From an uncultured bacterium (GTDB taxonomy: Bacteria > Acidobacteriota > Thermoanaerobaculia > Multivoradales > JAHZIX01), in assembly GCA_965368975.1 (NCBI GenBank), contig CBDUPA010000012.1, forward strand, positions 83,540 to 147,539: 64,000 nucleotides of DNA. The letters are read 5' to 3'. The position numbers were made by a program, and so were the translations under genes. Shown here piece after piece: positions 1-9,528 of this stretch; position 1 is the stretch's first letter; each line of letters opens with the position of its first letter. The notes under the pieces are model-generated. The model did no database searches and was not told the origin of the DNA. It saw only the letters and a program-made list of their open reading frames with translations.

Positions 1-592
1 GCAAGTACTGCAGCTGCGGCAGCTCGTGCTGCGCCGCCGCTGCCAGTCCCGGGCGGCGCAGCCGCAGCCAGACCTCGACCGCCGTAGCGTCTGTAGCGGT
101 CGCGTCCGCGAGCACGACGCCCGGGTGGAGCCTGGCGCGGTAGTCGTCGCTGCTGCGGCCACGGCGCACGGGCTCGGGGTCGAAGTCGGCGAACAGCTCG
201 GCTGCCGGACGCTGCAGCTCGCGCGCGGCTCGTTGCACGGGGTCGCTGTTCGTCGGCGGGATGGGTGTTGGTGGTAGGAGTGGCGGGGGCTCGCTCACCG
301 GAACCCGTGCGGCGCGCAGTTGCAGCACGTCGTCGATCGGCAGCACGTCGGGACGCGACCCCAGGTAGTCGGTGAACAGTTGGAAGGTAGGGCCCAGGTC
401 GCTGGCGGCGTCGATCAGGCGCTGCGCCCAGAGGCCGTCCGCGGCCTGGGAGTCGGTCGGGTTCGCGTCCGAGGAAGGTGTCGGGGCAGCCCCTCCGAAC
501 CAGCCCTGCTGCTCGAACCAGCTCGATCTTTCGAACAGGCCGTGCTGGGCCAGGCAGGCCTCGACGCGGTGACGAGCGTCGTCGCGGTGCAC
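1..592 (-). CDS. Partial ABC1/UbiB-like kinase. Only the N-terminal part is present; the gene runs off the left edge of the window.
   Basis: A GTG at 590-592 on the minus strand opens a frame with no stop down to position 1. The hand translation gives ...LGPTFQLFTDYLGSRPDVLPIDDVLQLRAARVPV..., which resembles the ABC1 N-terminal signature (LGPxFIKxGQxxSxRxDLxP...LQDxVPP). The same minus-strand operon encodes a second ABC1 paralog at 1911-3563. Confidence 0.35.
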   Translation of the reverse strand, partial: MHRDDARHRVEACLAQHGLFERSSWFEQQGWFGGAAPTPSSDANPTDSQAADGLWAQRLIDAASDLGPTFQLFTDYLGSRPDVLPIDDVLQLRAARVPVSEPPPLLPPTPIPPTNSDPVQRAARELQRPAAELFADFDPEPVRRGRSSDDYRARLHPGVVLADATATDATAVEVWLRLRRPGLAAAAQHELPQLQYL

Positions 593-609
593 GCGGTGAC
601 CGGCGCGCC

Positions 610-1914
610 TCACGGTGCACCTCCGCCGACGGTTGCGTCTCGACCTGCTGGCGCGTCCCGATCTGCTGGCGCGCCTCGATATGCTGGCGTGCCGCGCTCG
701 CGGGCCGCTCGCGCCAGCTGGACCACCACCGCGCTGGCGCCCGGACCTCTGCCGCCGCTGGCGCCACCCTCGGCGTGGGCCAGCAGGGCACGCACCGGCT
801 CGATCAGCCGGACGTGCCAGGGGCTCGAGGTGACCGCTGGATGGTCGAGGAAGGCGTCGACCTCGGGGCCGGCGGGGGCCAGGCTGCGGCGCAGGAGCAG
901 GGCCGAGGCCACACCCTCGACGAAGGCGGCGTCGACCGCTTCGGGGTCGTGGCGCACGAAACGTTCGAGCACGAGAGGTCGCTCCAGGTTGACCAGGGTC
1001 GCGGCGTAGGCGATCCCGGCACTGCCGTTGTCGAGCGCCAGGCGATGCGGCGCTTCGTGCCGCAGGCGGCGCAGGGCGGCGTCGACAGTGCTGTAGCCCG
1101 GTAGCAGGTGCAGTGGCAGGAAGTAGAGCGCGCGCCCGACGCCGTGCCAGTAGACGACACTCACTGACGCTCTCGCGGCTGCCGGGTCCTGGCGCGCCAG
1201 CGCATCGCAAGCGCGGCCGAGGTCGGCGGTCAACTCGGGGAAGAAGCAGCGCACGGTGAGACCGAGGGCCTCCACCGCCGCGTCCTCGTGCGCGGTCTCG
1301 GCGTTGGCCTGGCACAGCGCCAGGAAGTCCTGCAGCACGCGGCGCGCGCCGTCGTCGTCGCCCGGCTGGAGAGCGGTGCACAGGTGTTCGGCCAGTGCCA
1401 TGCCCATGCCCAGGTGCGCCATGATCAGGGCGCCGTCGCTCAGCCGCAGGTCGTGCAGCAGACCGCGCGGTGCGGGGTCGTGGGCCAGCACGGCGGCGGC
1501 GTGGCCGTGACCGAGACCCTCGAGCAGCCAGGGCGCGTGGCTCGAGTCCAGGCCGAGAGCGTGCTCGGCGGCGACTTCGAAGACCTCGCGGCGCGCGGCC
1601 CGTTCATGAGGGCCGAGGCTGCTGCTGGCGCGGCGCACCAGGGTGTAGACCTCGAGCTTGTCGAGCAGTTCCTGGCGCACGGCGGTGCCGTCGGCGCTGG
1701 GGGCCAGGGCGCTCAGGGCGGCGTGGGTGTCGCTGGCCAGGCGCTCGCCGAAGCGGCGCCAGGTCGTCGCGGACAGGTCGCCGGGCAGCAGGTCGAACCA
1801 CTCGTTCTGGAAGTCGTCGCCGAGCCGGAAGAGGAGCTGCGGCAGCGGCGCCATGCGCCGGCGCGCGCGCAGGGAGAAGGCGTCGAGGGCGGCGGCGGCC
1901 GTGCGCAGGATCAC
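610..1914 (-). CDS. Hypothetical protein, 434 aa.
   Basis: Long ORF. Its GTG start overlaps the stop of the upstream UbiB-like gene in a GTGA arrangement, which suggests translational coupling. No recognisable motif. Confidence 0.45.
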   Translation of the reverse strand: MILRTAAAALDAFSLRARRRMAPLPQLLFRLGDDFQNEWFDLLPGDLSATTWRRFGERLASDTHAALSALAPSADGTAVRQELLDKLEVYTLVRRASSSLGPHERAARREVFEVAAEHALGLDSSHAPWLLEGLGHGHAAAVLAHDPAPRGLLHDLRLSDGALIMAHLGMGMALAEHLCTALQPGDDDGARRVLQDFLALCQANAETAHEDAAVEALGLTVRCFFPELTADLGRACDALARQDPAAARASVSVVYWHGVGRALYFLPLHLLPGYSTVDAALRRLRHEAPHRLALDNGSAGIAYAATLVNLERPLVLERFVRHDPEAVDAAFVEGVASALLLRRSLAPAGPEVDAFLDHPAVTSSPWHVRLIEPVRALLAHAEGGASGGRGPGASAVVVQLARAARERGTPAYRGAPADRDAPAGRDATVGGGAP

Positions 1915-3563
1915 GCCAGGCTCCGCAGGTTCGCCGCCAGGGCCAGGGCGGTGGCGGTGGTGAAGGTGAGGGCGGCGGTGAGCAGGTTGAGGCCGAGCGC
2001 CGGGTCGGGCAGGGAGGCGGCGACGGCGGCGCCACCGAGGGTGGCCAGCGCCAGCTGCACGGCGCGCGTGCGCCGCTGCTTGCCGGGCTGTGACCGCAGG
2101 TGGACGCGCACCGGCACGTCACCGGTGTTCAGGCGGTCGAGCAGGCGTGCTCCGCGCGCCGGGCCGTCGTGCAGCAGCTGCGCCGAGGCGGTGGTCCAGT
2201 CGAGCAGAGAATCGCTGCTCAGCAAGCGGCCTCGGTACTGCCAGCGCAGCAGACCGGCGCAGCGCTCGGCCAGGTAGGCGCTGAGGTCGAAGTCAGGCTC
2301 GAAGCGGGTGACCAGGCCGTCGATGGCGATCGAGGAGCGGATGTACTTGATGACGTTGCGCTCGGGCATGACGTTGGTGCGCCGGGACAGGTGCAGCATT
2401 TCGGTCATCACGCGCGTGAAGTTGGCCACCAGGCGTGGCCCGTCGGGGCCGTCGGCATACCAATCCGCCGACAGCGTGTCGAGGCCGGCCCGGAAGCCCT
2501 CGAGGTCGGACCCGTCGTCCCAGATGGTGACGCGCAGGAATTGCTCGTGGAACGTGTCCATGTCGCCGCGGGCGAGCGCCAGTGTCATGCGCATCAGGTG
2601 GCGGCGGGCGTACTCGTTCATCACGCCGGTGATGCCGAAGTCGATGTAGCCGACCACGTTGCGGTCCAGAATCATCAAGTTGGCCGGGTGCAAGTCGGCG
2701 TGGTAGACGCCCAGCTCGAAAGCGTTGGCCAGGAAGTTGTCGATCACGTGGCTCGCCACCTGCCGGCGGTCGAACCCGCGGCTGGCCAGGCGGCGCGACA
2801 AGACCTCGTCGCCGTGCTCGCGGGCGCGCAGGTAGTCGAGCAGGGTGACGCCGTCCAGGAACTCGACCACCAGCGTTCGGCGCGTGGTGTAGCGGTCGTA
2901 GACGCGCGGCACGTACTGGCCCGCGCGCCCCTGGATCCGCTGGCGCAGCGTCTCGGAGCAGCGCGCTTCGTGACGGTAGTCGAGCTCTTCACGCGTCCAG
3001 TCGACGAACTCGCGCAGCGGCTCGAGTAGCCAGTACAGCGGCGCCAGGCGCAGCCCACGGATGGTGGCCATCAGCGCCAGCATCATGCGGATGTCGCTCT
3101 TGAATTCACTGTCGACGTTGGGCCGTTGCACCTTGACCGCGACCTTCTGCCCGTCGAGCCAGGCGACGTGGACCTGTCCCACCGAGGCGGTGGCCAGCGG
3201 TTCGCGCTCGATCGAGTCGAAAACCTCGTCGGGCGCGCGCCCGAGTTCTTCTTCGACGATGCGCTCGACGTCGTGCCAGCCGAACGGGTCGACCTGGTCG
3301 AGCAGCTTGAACAGGGCGTTGCAGTACGCTAGCGGCAGGATGTCCGGTTGCAGGGCCAGCATCTGTCCCAGCTTCACGAAGGTACCGCCCAGGTCTTCGA
3401 GCGCCAGCCGCAGGCGCTCGGGACCCGGCAAGGACGGCCCCCAGCGGCGCGCCGCCCAGCTGGGTCCGCGTTGATGCAGCAGGTGCCCTAGGAGATGCGC
3501 CAGTCCATGGCGCAGGGCGATGCCGGCGACATGCACGAAGCGGCGCGGGGTGGTGGCACGCAT
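1911..3563 (-). CDS. ABC1/UbiB-family atypical protein kinase (AarF-domain; ubiquinone-biosynthesis-related).
   Basis: Motifs ...ASVGQVHVAWLDGQKVAVKVQRP... and ...VYHADLHPANLMI..DFG... are typical of the ABC1 kinase family. Length 550 aa. Confidence 0.85.
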   Translation of the reverse strand: MRATTPRRFVHVAGIALRHGLAHLLGHLLHQRGPSWAARRWGPSLPGPERLRLALEDLGGTFVKLGQMLALQPDILPLAYCNALFKLLDQVDPFGWHDVERIVEEELGRAPDEVFDSIEREPLATASVGQVHVAWLDGQKVAVKVQRPNVDSEFKSDIRMMLALMATIRGLRLAPLYWLLEPLREFVDWTREELDYRHEARCSETLRQRIQGRAGQYVPRVYDRYTTRRTLVVEFLDGVTLLDYLRAREHGDEVLSRRLASRGFDRRQVASHVIDNFLANAFELGVYHADLHPANLMILDRNVVGYIDFGITGVMNEYARRHLMRMTLALARGDMDTFHEQFLRVTIWDDGSDLEGFRAGLDTLSADWYADGPDGPRLVANFTRVMTEMLHLSRRTNVMPERNVIKYIRSSIAIDGLVTRFEPDFDLSAYLAERCAGLLRWQYRGRLLSSDSLLDWTTASAQLLHDGPARGARLLDRLNTGDVPVRVHLRSQPGKQRRTRAVQLALATLGGAAVAASLPDPALGLNLLTAALTFTTATALALAANLRSLA

Positions 3564-3567
3564 CGTC

Positions 3568-5250
3568 TCAGGCTCCAGCCTGGTCCAGAATGGAGCCGAA
3601 GAAGATCGACTTGCGGCGCTCCAGCATCTCGGCGATCGCGGCCTCCATGCGCTGGCGCACTTCCTGGCTCAGCTGGCGGACCAGCTCGGCGTCGTCGGCA
3701 GCGGCGGGGCCCTGCGCGTCGAAGTACTCGGCGACCGGCACGGGTTGCAGAAAGCGGGTGTGCCACTTGGAGGGCAGGGGCACGGTGCCCATGGTCGGGG
3801 TAATGGGCAGGTAGGGCCATTCGCTGAAGCGCTTGAACCAGCTCCAGTCGATGCGGCCGAAGATCGGGAAGATCTCGGCACTGCCGACGGTGACGAAGGG
3901 CACGATCGGTGCGCCGTGGCGTAGCGCCGCCTTGACGAATTCGTCGCGCCCGAAGCGCCCCAACTTGTAGGCGTCGCGGTAGGGCGTGAAGGCGCCGCGG
4001 ATGCCCTCGGGAAAGATGGCGAGGAGACCGTCGTTTTCGAGGATGCGGGCGCTGTTGTCGCGGCAGGCGTGCAGGCCGCCGCAGCGCAGCATGTAGGGCG
4101 CCAGGAAGGGAAACTTGACCAGCGTCGGATGGATCAGGAAGCGAGGGTAGCGCTGCAGCTCGCGCACCAGCAGGTGCAGCATCATGACGCCGTCCCAGGG
4201 CTGGTGGCCGCGGTGGACGCCGGCGAGCACCGCGCGCCCGCTGCGCGGCACGTGCTCCAGGCCCGCGACCTCGATGCGCCACCAGGCGTCGTGCAGGAAG
4301 CGGAAGAGCGTCTTGCCCAGGCGGCCGATGTACGCCGGGTCCATGCCGAAGTCGTCGTACCGGTTGGGCAGCGGCGACGCCGCGGAATTCTGCTGTGGGT
4401 CGCCCCGCGGCCCGGCGAAGGTGCGGGCGACCTCGGCGCTGGAGATGGCCGGTTCGACGCCCAGCTCGCGCCGCAACGTCTCGCCGCCGGCGGTCCAGCT
4501 GTGGCGCAGGTAGTCGCTGGCGTCGGCGGAGCGCGGCTGCAGCGGCGACGGCAGGCGACGGCTACCGGCGTGCCGTAGCGCCTGGCGCAGCGGTACGGCG
4601 ACCGGCGGCACGACGTGGTAGACACCGTTCTGCCCGCGCTGCACCCGGCGTTCGAGCAAGGCTTCGAGCGCGGCGGCCAGGTCGTCGAGACTGAGCAGTT
4701 GCACGGTCGGGTCGAATCCGACAGGCACGACAGCCCAGCGGCCGGGGTTTCGTCCGCTGAGCAGACGGGAGACGAGATCGTGGGCACCCGGCACCGGCGT
4801 GGGCGCCGGGCGCAGAATGGACAGGCGCGCGTCGGCGGCCGCGGCCAGTTCCGCGGCGCGCGCTTCCAAGGCCCGCCAGGCGTCGGCGATCGGATTGCGC
4901 TTGCGCGCCGCGCCGCGGTACTGCTCGCTCACCAGGCCCGCGTGGTGGTGGCTGGGAGCGTGGACGGCGGTGCTCGAGATCAGCACCAGGTGGCGCACCC
5001 CTGGTGGTAGTTCGTCGCTCGCCAGCGGTCCGCGCTGGCGCGCGGCGTCGAGCACGGCGGGGTCCCAGCACGGCGGCTGCGCCCACACGAGGGTGCTCGC
5101 CTCGGGGACCTCCTGTGTCGCTGCCGACTCGGGCGCAAACCACTGCCAGCTACCGCCCTGCCGCGCTTCCAGCGCTCGCTGCAGGTGGTCGCGCCAGGCA
5201 CCACGAGGGGCGCTGATGGCGACCGACGGACCGGCTGTGCCTTGGCTCAT
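3568..5250 (-). CDS. Fusion protein: NAD-dependent epimerase/dehydratase-like N-terminal domain plus lysophospholipid (PlsC-type) acyltransferase C-terminal domain.
   Basis: N-terminal Rossmann-like region (VRHLVLISSTAVHAPSHHH...). The C-terminal half carries acyltransferase motifs (H-x4-D-like region, FPEGIRG...PIVPFVTVG). An RBS (GAGGAAG) sits upstream of the ATG at 5248-5250. It lies 51 bp downstream of an ACP gene. Confidence 0.65.
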   Translation of the reverse strand: MSQGTAGPSVAISAPRGAWRDHLQRALEARQGGSWQWFAPESAATQEVPEASTLVWAQPPCWDPAVLDAARQRGPLASDELPPGVRHLVLISSTAVHAPSHHHAGLVSEQYRGAARKRNPIADAWRALEARAAELAAAADARLSILRPAPTPVPGAHDLVSRLLSGRNPGRWAVVPVGFDPTVQLLSLDDLAAALEALLERRVQRGQNGVYHVVPPVAVPLRQALRHAGSRRLPSPLQPRSADASDYLRHSWTAGGETLRRELGVEPAISSAEVARTFAGPRGDPQQNSAASPLPNRYDDFGMDPAYIGRLGKTLFRFLHDAWWRIEVAGLEHVPRSGRAVLAGVHRGHQPWDGVMMLHLLVRELQRYPRFLIHPTLVKFPFLAPYMLRCGGLHACRDNSARILENDGLLAIFPEGIRGAFTPYRDAYKLGRFGRDEFVKAALRHGAPIVPFVTVGSAEIFPIFGRIDWSWFKRFSEWPYLPITPTMGTVPLPSKWHTRFLQPVPVAEYFDAQGPAAADDAELVRQLSQEVRQRMEAAIAEMLERRKSIFFGSILDQAGA

Positions 5251-5301
5251 GCGTCGTCTTCCTCAACTCCCCGGAAGCTGGCCACAGTCTCCAGCTCGCC
5301 G

Positions 5302-5607
5302 CTAGGCGGCGCTCTCGGCGGCCATCGCGGGTGCAGCGGCCGTCGCAGGTTCAGCAGTGGACGCCGTTCCCGCGTTCTTCAGAATCAGGTCGACGGCATC
5401 CTGGATCGTGCGCAACTGCTGCAGCCGTTCCTCCGGCAGCCCCAGCTGGAAGGCGTAGTCGATGTCGATGCCGATCTCGAGCAGCGACAGGGAGTCGAGG
5501 TCGAGATCGTCGAGAAACGAATCCTGATCGCCGATGGTTTCGGGGTCGATGCTGGTGATGCTGGCAATGATCTCTTTGACCTTGCTCCGAACTTCAGTTA
5601 CGTCCAT
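5302..5607 (-). CDS. Acyl carrier protein.
   Basis: 101 aa with a DLDSLSLLE phosphopantetheine-attachment motif. An RBS (GAGGAGAA) lies 5 nt upstream of the ATG. Confidence 0.8.
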   Translation of the reverse strand: MDVTEVRSKVKEIIASITSIDPETIGDQDSFLDDLDLDSLSLLEIGIDIDYAFQLGLPEERLQQLRTIQDAVDLILKNAGTASTAEPATAAAPAMAAESAA

Positions 5608-5808
5608 AGCAATTCTCCTCAGCCGGTTCCCGGGCCACATGGCCCACAGCGGGCACTCCGCAGAAGTCTCTTGCAGAGAAGGTGCTGAATACTACCAATT
5701 GCTGAAGGTTTGTGGTAGTCGGTTGACGGGATGACGTCGGACCAGGCGTCAGCCAGCCGGTGGACGCCAACCAGGGGACACCCGCCGCGCGCGCCGCGCG
5801 CACTGTGA

Positions 5809-6120
5809 TCACAGCTGTCTCCGGTCGAGTTGCAGGGCCACGGCTACCACCCGCACGACCAGTTGCACCCGACTATTGACCGCTAGCTTGCGGTAGATGC
5901 GTTCGAGATAGGTGTGCACGGTGTGCGGCGAGATACCCAAGTGCTGCGCGATGGTGATCTCCTTGCCATCGTCGAAGACGCCGCGCACAATCTGGAGCTC
6001 CCGCGGCGACAGCGCCAAGATCTCGGCCAACTCGTTCCACTGCGCGATGGAAAAGATCTCGTGACCCTCTGGCTCCCAAGGCTGCGATGGGTCAGGTAGG
6101 ACCCTCTGTGCCTTGGCCAT
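5809..6120 (-). CDS. LuxR-family (GerE-type HTH) transcriptional regulator.
   Basis: 103 aa. The helix-turn-helix region ...ELQIVRGVFDDGKEITIAQHLGISPHTVHTYLERIYRKL... is typical of LuxR/GerE regulators. RBS GAGGAGGGA. It is divergent from the TIR-STAND gene. Confidence 0.75.
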   Translation of the reverse strand: MAKAQRVLPDPSQPWEPEGHEIFSIAQWNELAEILALSPRELQIVRGVFDDGKEITIAQHLGISPHTVHTYLERIYRKLAVNSRVQLVVRVVAVALQLDRRQL

Positions 6121-6441
6121 GTCTCCCTCCTCTCGATGCTGCCGACTTAGTTGAGACCAGGACCTGCCAAGGAAATAAATATCAGTCTTTCTTTAATCTT
6201 ATAGCAAGACGGATCTCTGTCGAAGTCCCCCGGCCAGACGTCGGCTCTCCAGGGGGCATTTGCATGTGGTCGCATCTACTAGATCCGAGCCCACACTGCG
6301 GTGCCGGGGGCTGCGCCCTCCGGCCCGGTCCCTCGGCGGATCGAGCGTCGCCCCCAGCGAACTGTGTGGACCACATCCCAGACCGTCTCCGCTACAATCC
6401 CCTCGACCCTTCGCCACTTTTCGCAACCGGGGGATTGCTGC

Positions 6442-9306
6442 ATGCCCGAGCCGCTGTCTGTTTTTATTTCCTACTCACAAAAAGACGAGGCCTACCGTGA
6501 GGCTTTCGTCACGCACTGCGCCACGTTGCAGCAGCAAGGCTGGATCGATGCCTGGCACGATGGCCTGATCCCAACTGGTGAGGAATGGGAAGATGCGATT
6601 CTGGGCAAGCTGCGGAGCGCTCAGTTCGTGATGTGCCTGGTGTCGGCGAACTCGCTGGCGTCGGAGTACTGCTGCAAAGAGCGCGACGATGCGTTGGCGC
6701 GCGGTAAGCAATGCCTGGTGATTCCAGTGATTCTGGACGACTGTGACTGGCAGGCTTCACCGTTCGGTCGGCTGCAAGCCTTGCCCAAGCAGGCGGCGAT
6801 TGTGCCGGTGGCACTGTGGGAGAACCAGAATAGCGGTTGGAACAGCGTCATCCAGAGTCTGCGGCAGCTGATCAGGGAATGGTTTCCCACTCGAGCGAAA
6901 CAGGCGGCCTGGCCGAAGCCCAAGGGGCAGGTTGACGTCAACATCCACCGCCTCCCCACTCCCGGCCCGACCTTCGTCGGCCGCACGGACGAACTCGCCC
7001 GCCTCGACGCTGCCTGGACGAATCCGGACGTCCGCATCTTCAGCGTCGTGGCCGCGGGTGGCTTCGGCAAGTCGGCGCTGGTGCACCGGTGGACGCAGCA
7101 GTTGCAGGCGGACGGCTGGCGGGGCGCGGAGCGGGTGTTTGCGTGGTCGTTCTACTCTCAGGGGACGGCGGAAGCCCCGCAAGCTGGAGAAAGAGGGTCT
7201 CGACGCACGGCGGCGTCGGGGGAGCCGTTCTTGATCGAGGCGTTGGAGTGGTTCGGATGGGAGGGAGGGATACCCGCTTCAGCGAACAAGAAGGGCGAAG
7301 TCCTCGCCGACCTCGTGGCATCGACACGCACGCTCCTGATCCTGGACGGCCTGGAACCACTGCAACAGAGCAGCGAACTCCCCGGCGAGGCGGGCCACCG
7401 ACTGCTCGACCCGGGGATCAAGGCGTTCTTGCGCCAGCTGGCGACGAGTAACGCCGAGGGATTGTGCGTGCTGACGACACGGCTGCAAGTTGCCGACCTG
7501 GCGTCGCGGGAGGCTTCGACGGCGCCGGTGCTGCGGTTGGAGAAGTTGGAGAAGGCGACGGGCGCGGCGTTGTTGGAGGCGGTGGGGGTGACGGGGCCTC
7601 GGAAGGAGCTGGAGCGGGTGAGCAAGGAGTTCGAGGGGCATGCGTTGACGTTGCAGCTCTTTGGGACCTACCTGGTGAGGTACCACGGCGGCGGCATCAA
7701 GCACCGGACGGAGGTGCCGTCGCTTGTGACCAAGAAGGGGTTCCAGAATCCGGTAGAACGGGTGTTCAAGGCGTACGTCGAGCAGATGACGCCGGAGCAG
7801 TTGCGGGTGTTGTTGCTGCTCGGGCTGTTCGACCGTCCCGCCGAGCCGGAGGCGGTGGAGGCGGTACGGGCGGAGCCGGCGATTGCGGGGCTGACGGAGG
7901 GGATCAGCGCGGCGGACGAGGAGGCGTGGGTGGATGCGGTTGTCGAGCTGGAAGACTTGGGGTTGTTGCGGCGGGAGGGAGGAGCCTTGGACGCTCACCC
8001 TCTGGTGCGCGAGAGCTTCGGCGCGCGGTTGCAGACGGAGCACGCGGAGGCGTGGCGACAGGGCAATCGGCGGCTGTACGAGTATTACCAGGCGTCGACG
8101 GACGAGTTCCCGGAGACGCTGGAGCAGATGCTGCCGCTGTACACGGCGGTGGTGCATGGGTGTCGGGCGGGGTTGGAGCAGGAGGCGCTGCACGAGGTGT
8201 TGTTCAAGCGCATCAAGCGGGCTAGCGAATTCTACAGCACCAAGAAGCTCGGCGCCTTCGGCTCGGAGCTGACGGCGTTAGCGGCGCTGTTCGAGCGGCC
8301 CTGGGACCGTCCCGCCGTCGCGCTGACGGCAGCGGCCCAGGCGTGGCTGCTCAACCAGGCCGCCTTCGTGCTGCGCGCCCTGGGGCGGCTGTCGGAGGCG
8401 GTGGCGCCGATGGAGGCGGCGCTGGAGCTCGGCATCAAGCAGGAGAACTGGAAAGCAGCCGCGACCCGTGCCAGCAACCTCAGCGAGCTGACGCTGACGC
8501 TGGGGCGGGTGGCGGATGCGGTCGAGTTCGGGGCGCGCGGCGTCGAGTTGGCGGATCGGAGTGGGGATGAGTTCCAACGCATGGGTAACCGCACCACCCA
8601 GGCCGACGCGCTGCACCAGGCCGGCGTAATCGAGGCCGAATCAGGCGACGCCAGCGCGGCGCGCTTCGCCGAGGCCGAAGCGCTGCAGGCGGAGCGGCAG
8701 CCGCAGTACCCGAAGCTGTACTCGGTTCAGGGCTACCAGTACTGCGACCTGCTGCTGACGCAGTGCGCGCGGGCTGTGGACGTCTCGGCCGTGGACCTCT
8801 CGGCGGGGGAGCGGGCGGAGAAGCTCGACGCGGTGCGGCAGCGGGCGGAGACGACGTTGGCGTGGTTGACCCAGGCAGGGAAAGACGTCCTATCTGTCGC
8901 CCTGGACCACCTGACGCTCGGCCGGGTCCACCTGGCCCTGGAGCAGGTGAGCGAAGCGGCCCTGGCGCTGGAGCGGGCGGTGGCGGGGCTGCGGCAGGCT
9001 GGACACGAGTGGTTTTTACCCGCTGGCCTGTTGGCCCGCGCCGCGCTGCACCGCCACACCGGCGACGGCACGTCCGCCCGCCGTGACCTCGACGAAGCGC
9101 TGGAGATCGCCGAGCGGGGATCGATGCGGCTGCACGAGGCGGATGCGCACCTGGAGTGGGCGCGGTTGTTGTTGTCGGAGGGGAAGGTCGAGGAGGCGCG
9201 GGGGCACGTGGCGGTGGCGCGGCGGATTGTGGACGAGACGGGGTATGGGCGGCGTCAGCCTGAGATTGCGGAATTAGAGGAAAGGTTGGCGGTAGGTTCT
9301 GGGTAG
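6442..9306 (+). CDS. TIR domain / NB-ARC (STAND P-loop NTPase) / TPR-repeat protein.
   Basis: N-terminal TIR hallmark (FISYSQKDEAYREAF...WHD...E). Walker A GGFGKSAL near nt 7056-7080. Long C-terminal TPR-like helical repeats. The start was chosen at the ATG directly preceding the TIR domain. Confidence 0.8.
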   Translation: MPEPLSVFISYSQKDEAYREAFVTHCATLQQQGWIDAWHDGLIPTGEEWEDAILGKLRSAQFVMCLVSANSLASEYCCKERDDALARGKQCLVIPVILDDCDWQASPFGRLQALPKQAAIVPVALWENQNSGWNSVIQSLRQLIREWFPTRAKQAAWPKPKGQVDVNIHRLPTPGPTFVGRTDELARLDAAWTNPDVRIFSVVAAGGFGKSALVHRWTQQLQADGWRGAERVFAWSFYSQGTAEAPQAGERGSRRTAASGEPFLIEALEWFGWEGGIPASANKKGEVLADLVASTRTLLILDGLEPLQQSSELPGEAGHRLLDPGIKAFLRQLATSNAEGLCVLTTRLQVADLASREASTAPVLRLEKLEKATGAALLEAVGVTGPRKELERVSKEFEGHALTLQLFGTYLVRYHGGGIKHRTEVPSLVTKKGFQNPVERVFKAYVEQMTPEQLRVLLLLGLFDRPAEPEAVEAVRAEPAIAGLTEGISAADEEAWVDAVVELEDLGLLRREGGALDAHPLVRESFGARLQTEHAEAWRQGNRRLYEYYQASTDEFPETLEQMLPLYTAVVHGCRAGLEQEALHEVLFKRIKRASEFYSTKKLGAFGSELTALAALFERPWDRPAVALTAAAQAWLLNQAAFVLRALGRLSEAVAPMEAALELGIKQENWKAAATRASNLSELTLTLGRVADAVEFGARGVELADRSGDEFQRMGNRTTQADALHQAGVIEAESGDASAARFAEAEALQAERQPQYPKLYSVQGYQYCDLLLTQCARAVDVSAVDLSAGERAEKLDAVRQRAETTLAWLTQAGKDVLSVALDHLTLGRVHLALEQVSEAALALERAVAGLRQAGHEWFLPAGLLARAALHRHTGDGTSARRDLDEALEIAERGSMRLHEADAHLEWARLLLSEGKVEEARGHVAVARRIVDETGYGRRQPEIAELEERLAVGSG

Positions 9307-9360
9307 GGGCGTCCCCATGTGGGCGCCCTGCGGCGGAACGCCGCATCCGGATCCGGATCC

Positions 9361-9467
9361 GGAGGGCGCAATGCCTTGCGCCCCTACGACCCTCCCGCCC
9401 CCCGAACGATACGCATGCGGGATGACATTACCGATGCGGACGTTCGGGGTCCCAGGTTTGACCCTCC
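9361..9467. repeat. MITE-like repeat, copy A (truncated; left terminal inverted repeat intact).
   Basis: Begins GGAGGGCGCAATGCCTTGCGCCCCTACGACCC...CCGAACGATACGCAT... and ends ...CCCTCC. The left 30 bp is the exact reverse complement of the right end of copy C (19473-19502). Confidence 0.6.
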
Positions 9468-9528
9468 TTCCACCCCGGTGATAGCGTCCAAACGACCCTA
9501 CGCCCAAGGAAACCGAAGGAAAAACCCA

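Noticed and set aside
320-1104. Plus-strand ORFs (229, 208 and 72 aa) at the left end.
   Set aside because: They are Arg/Ala/Pro-rich antisense artefacts typical of high-GC DNA. They overlap minus-strand genes that carry recognisable domains.
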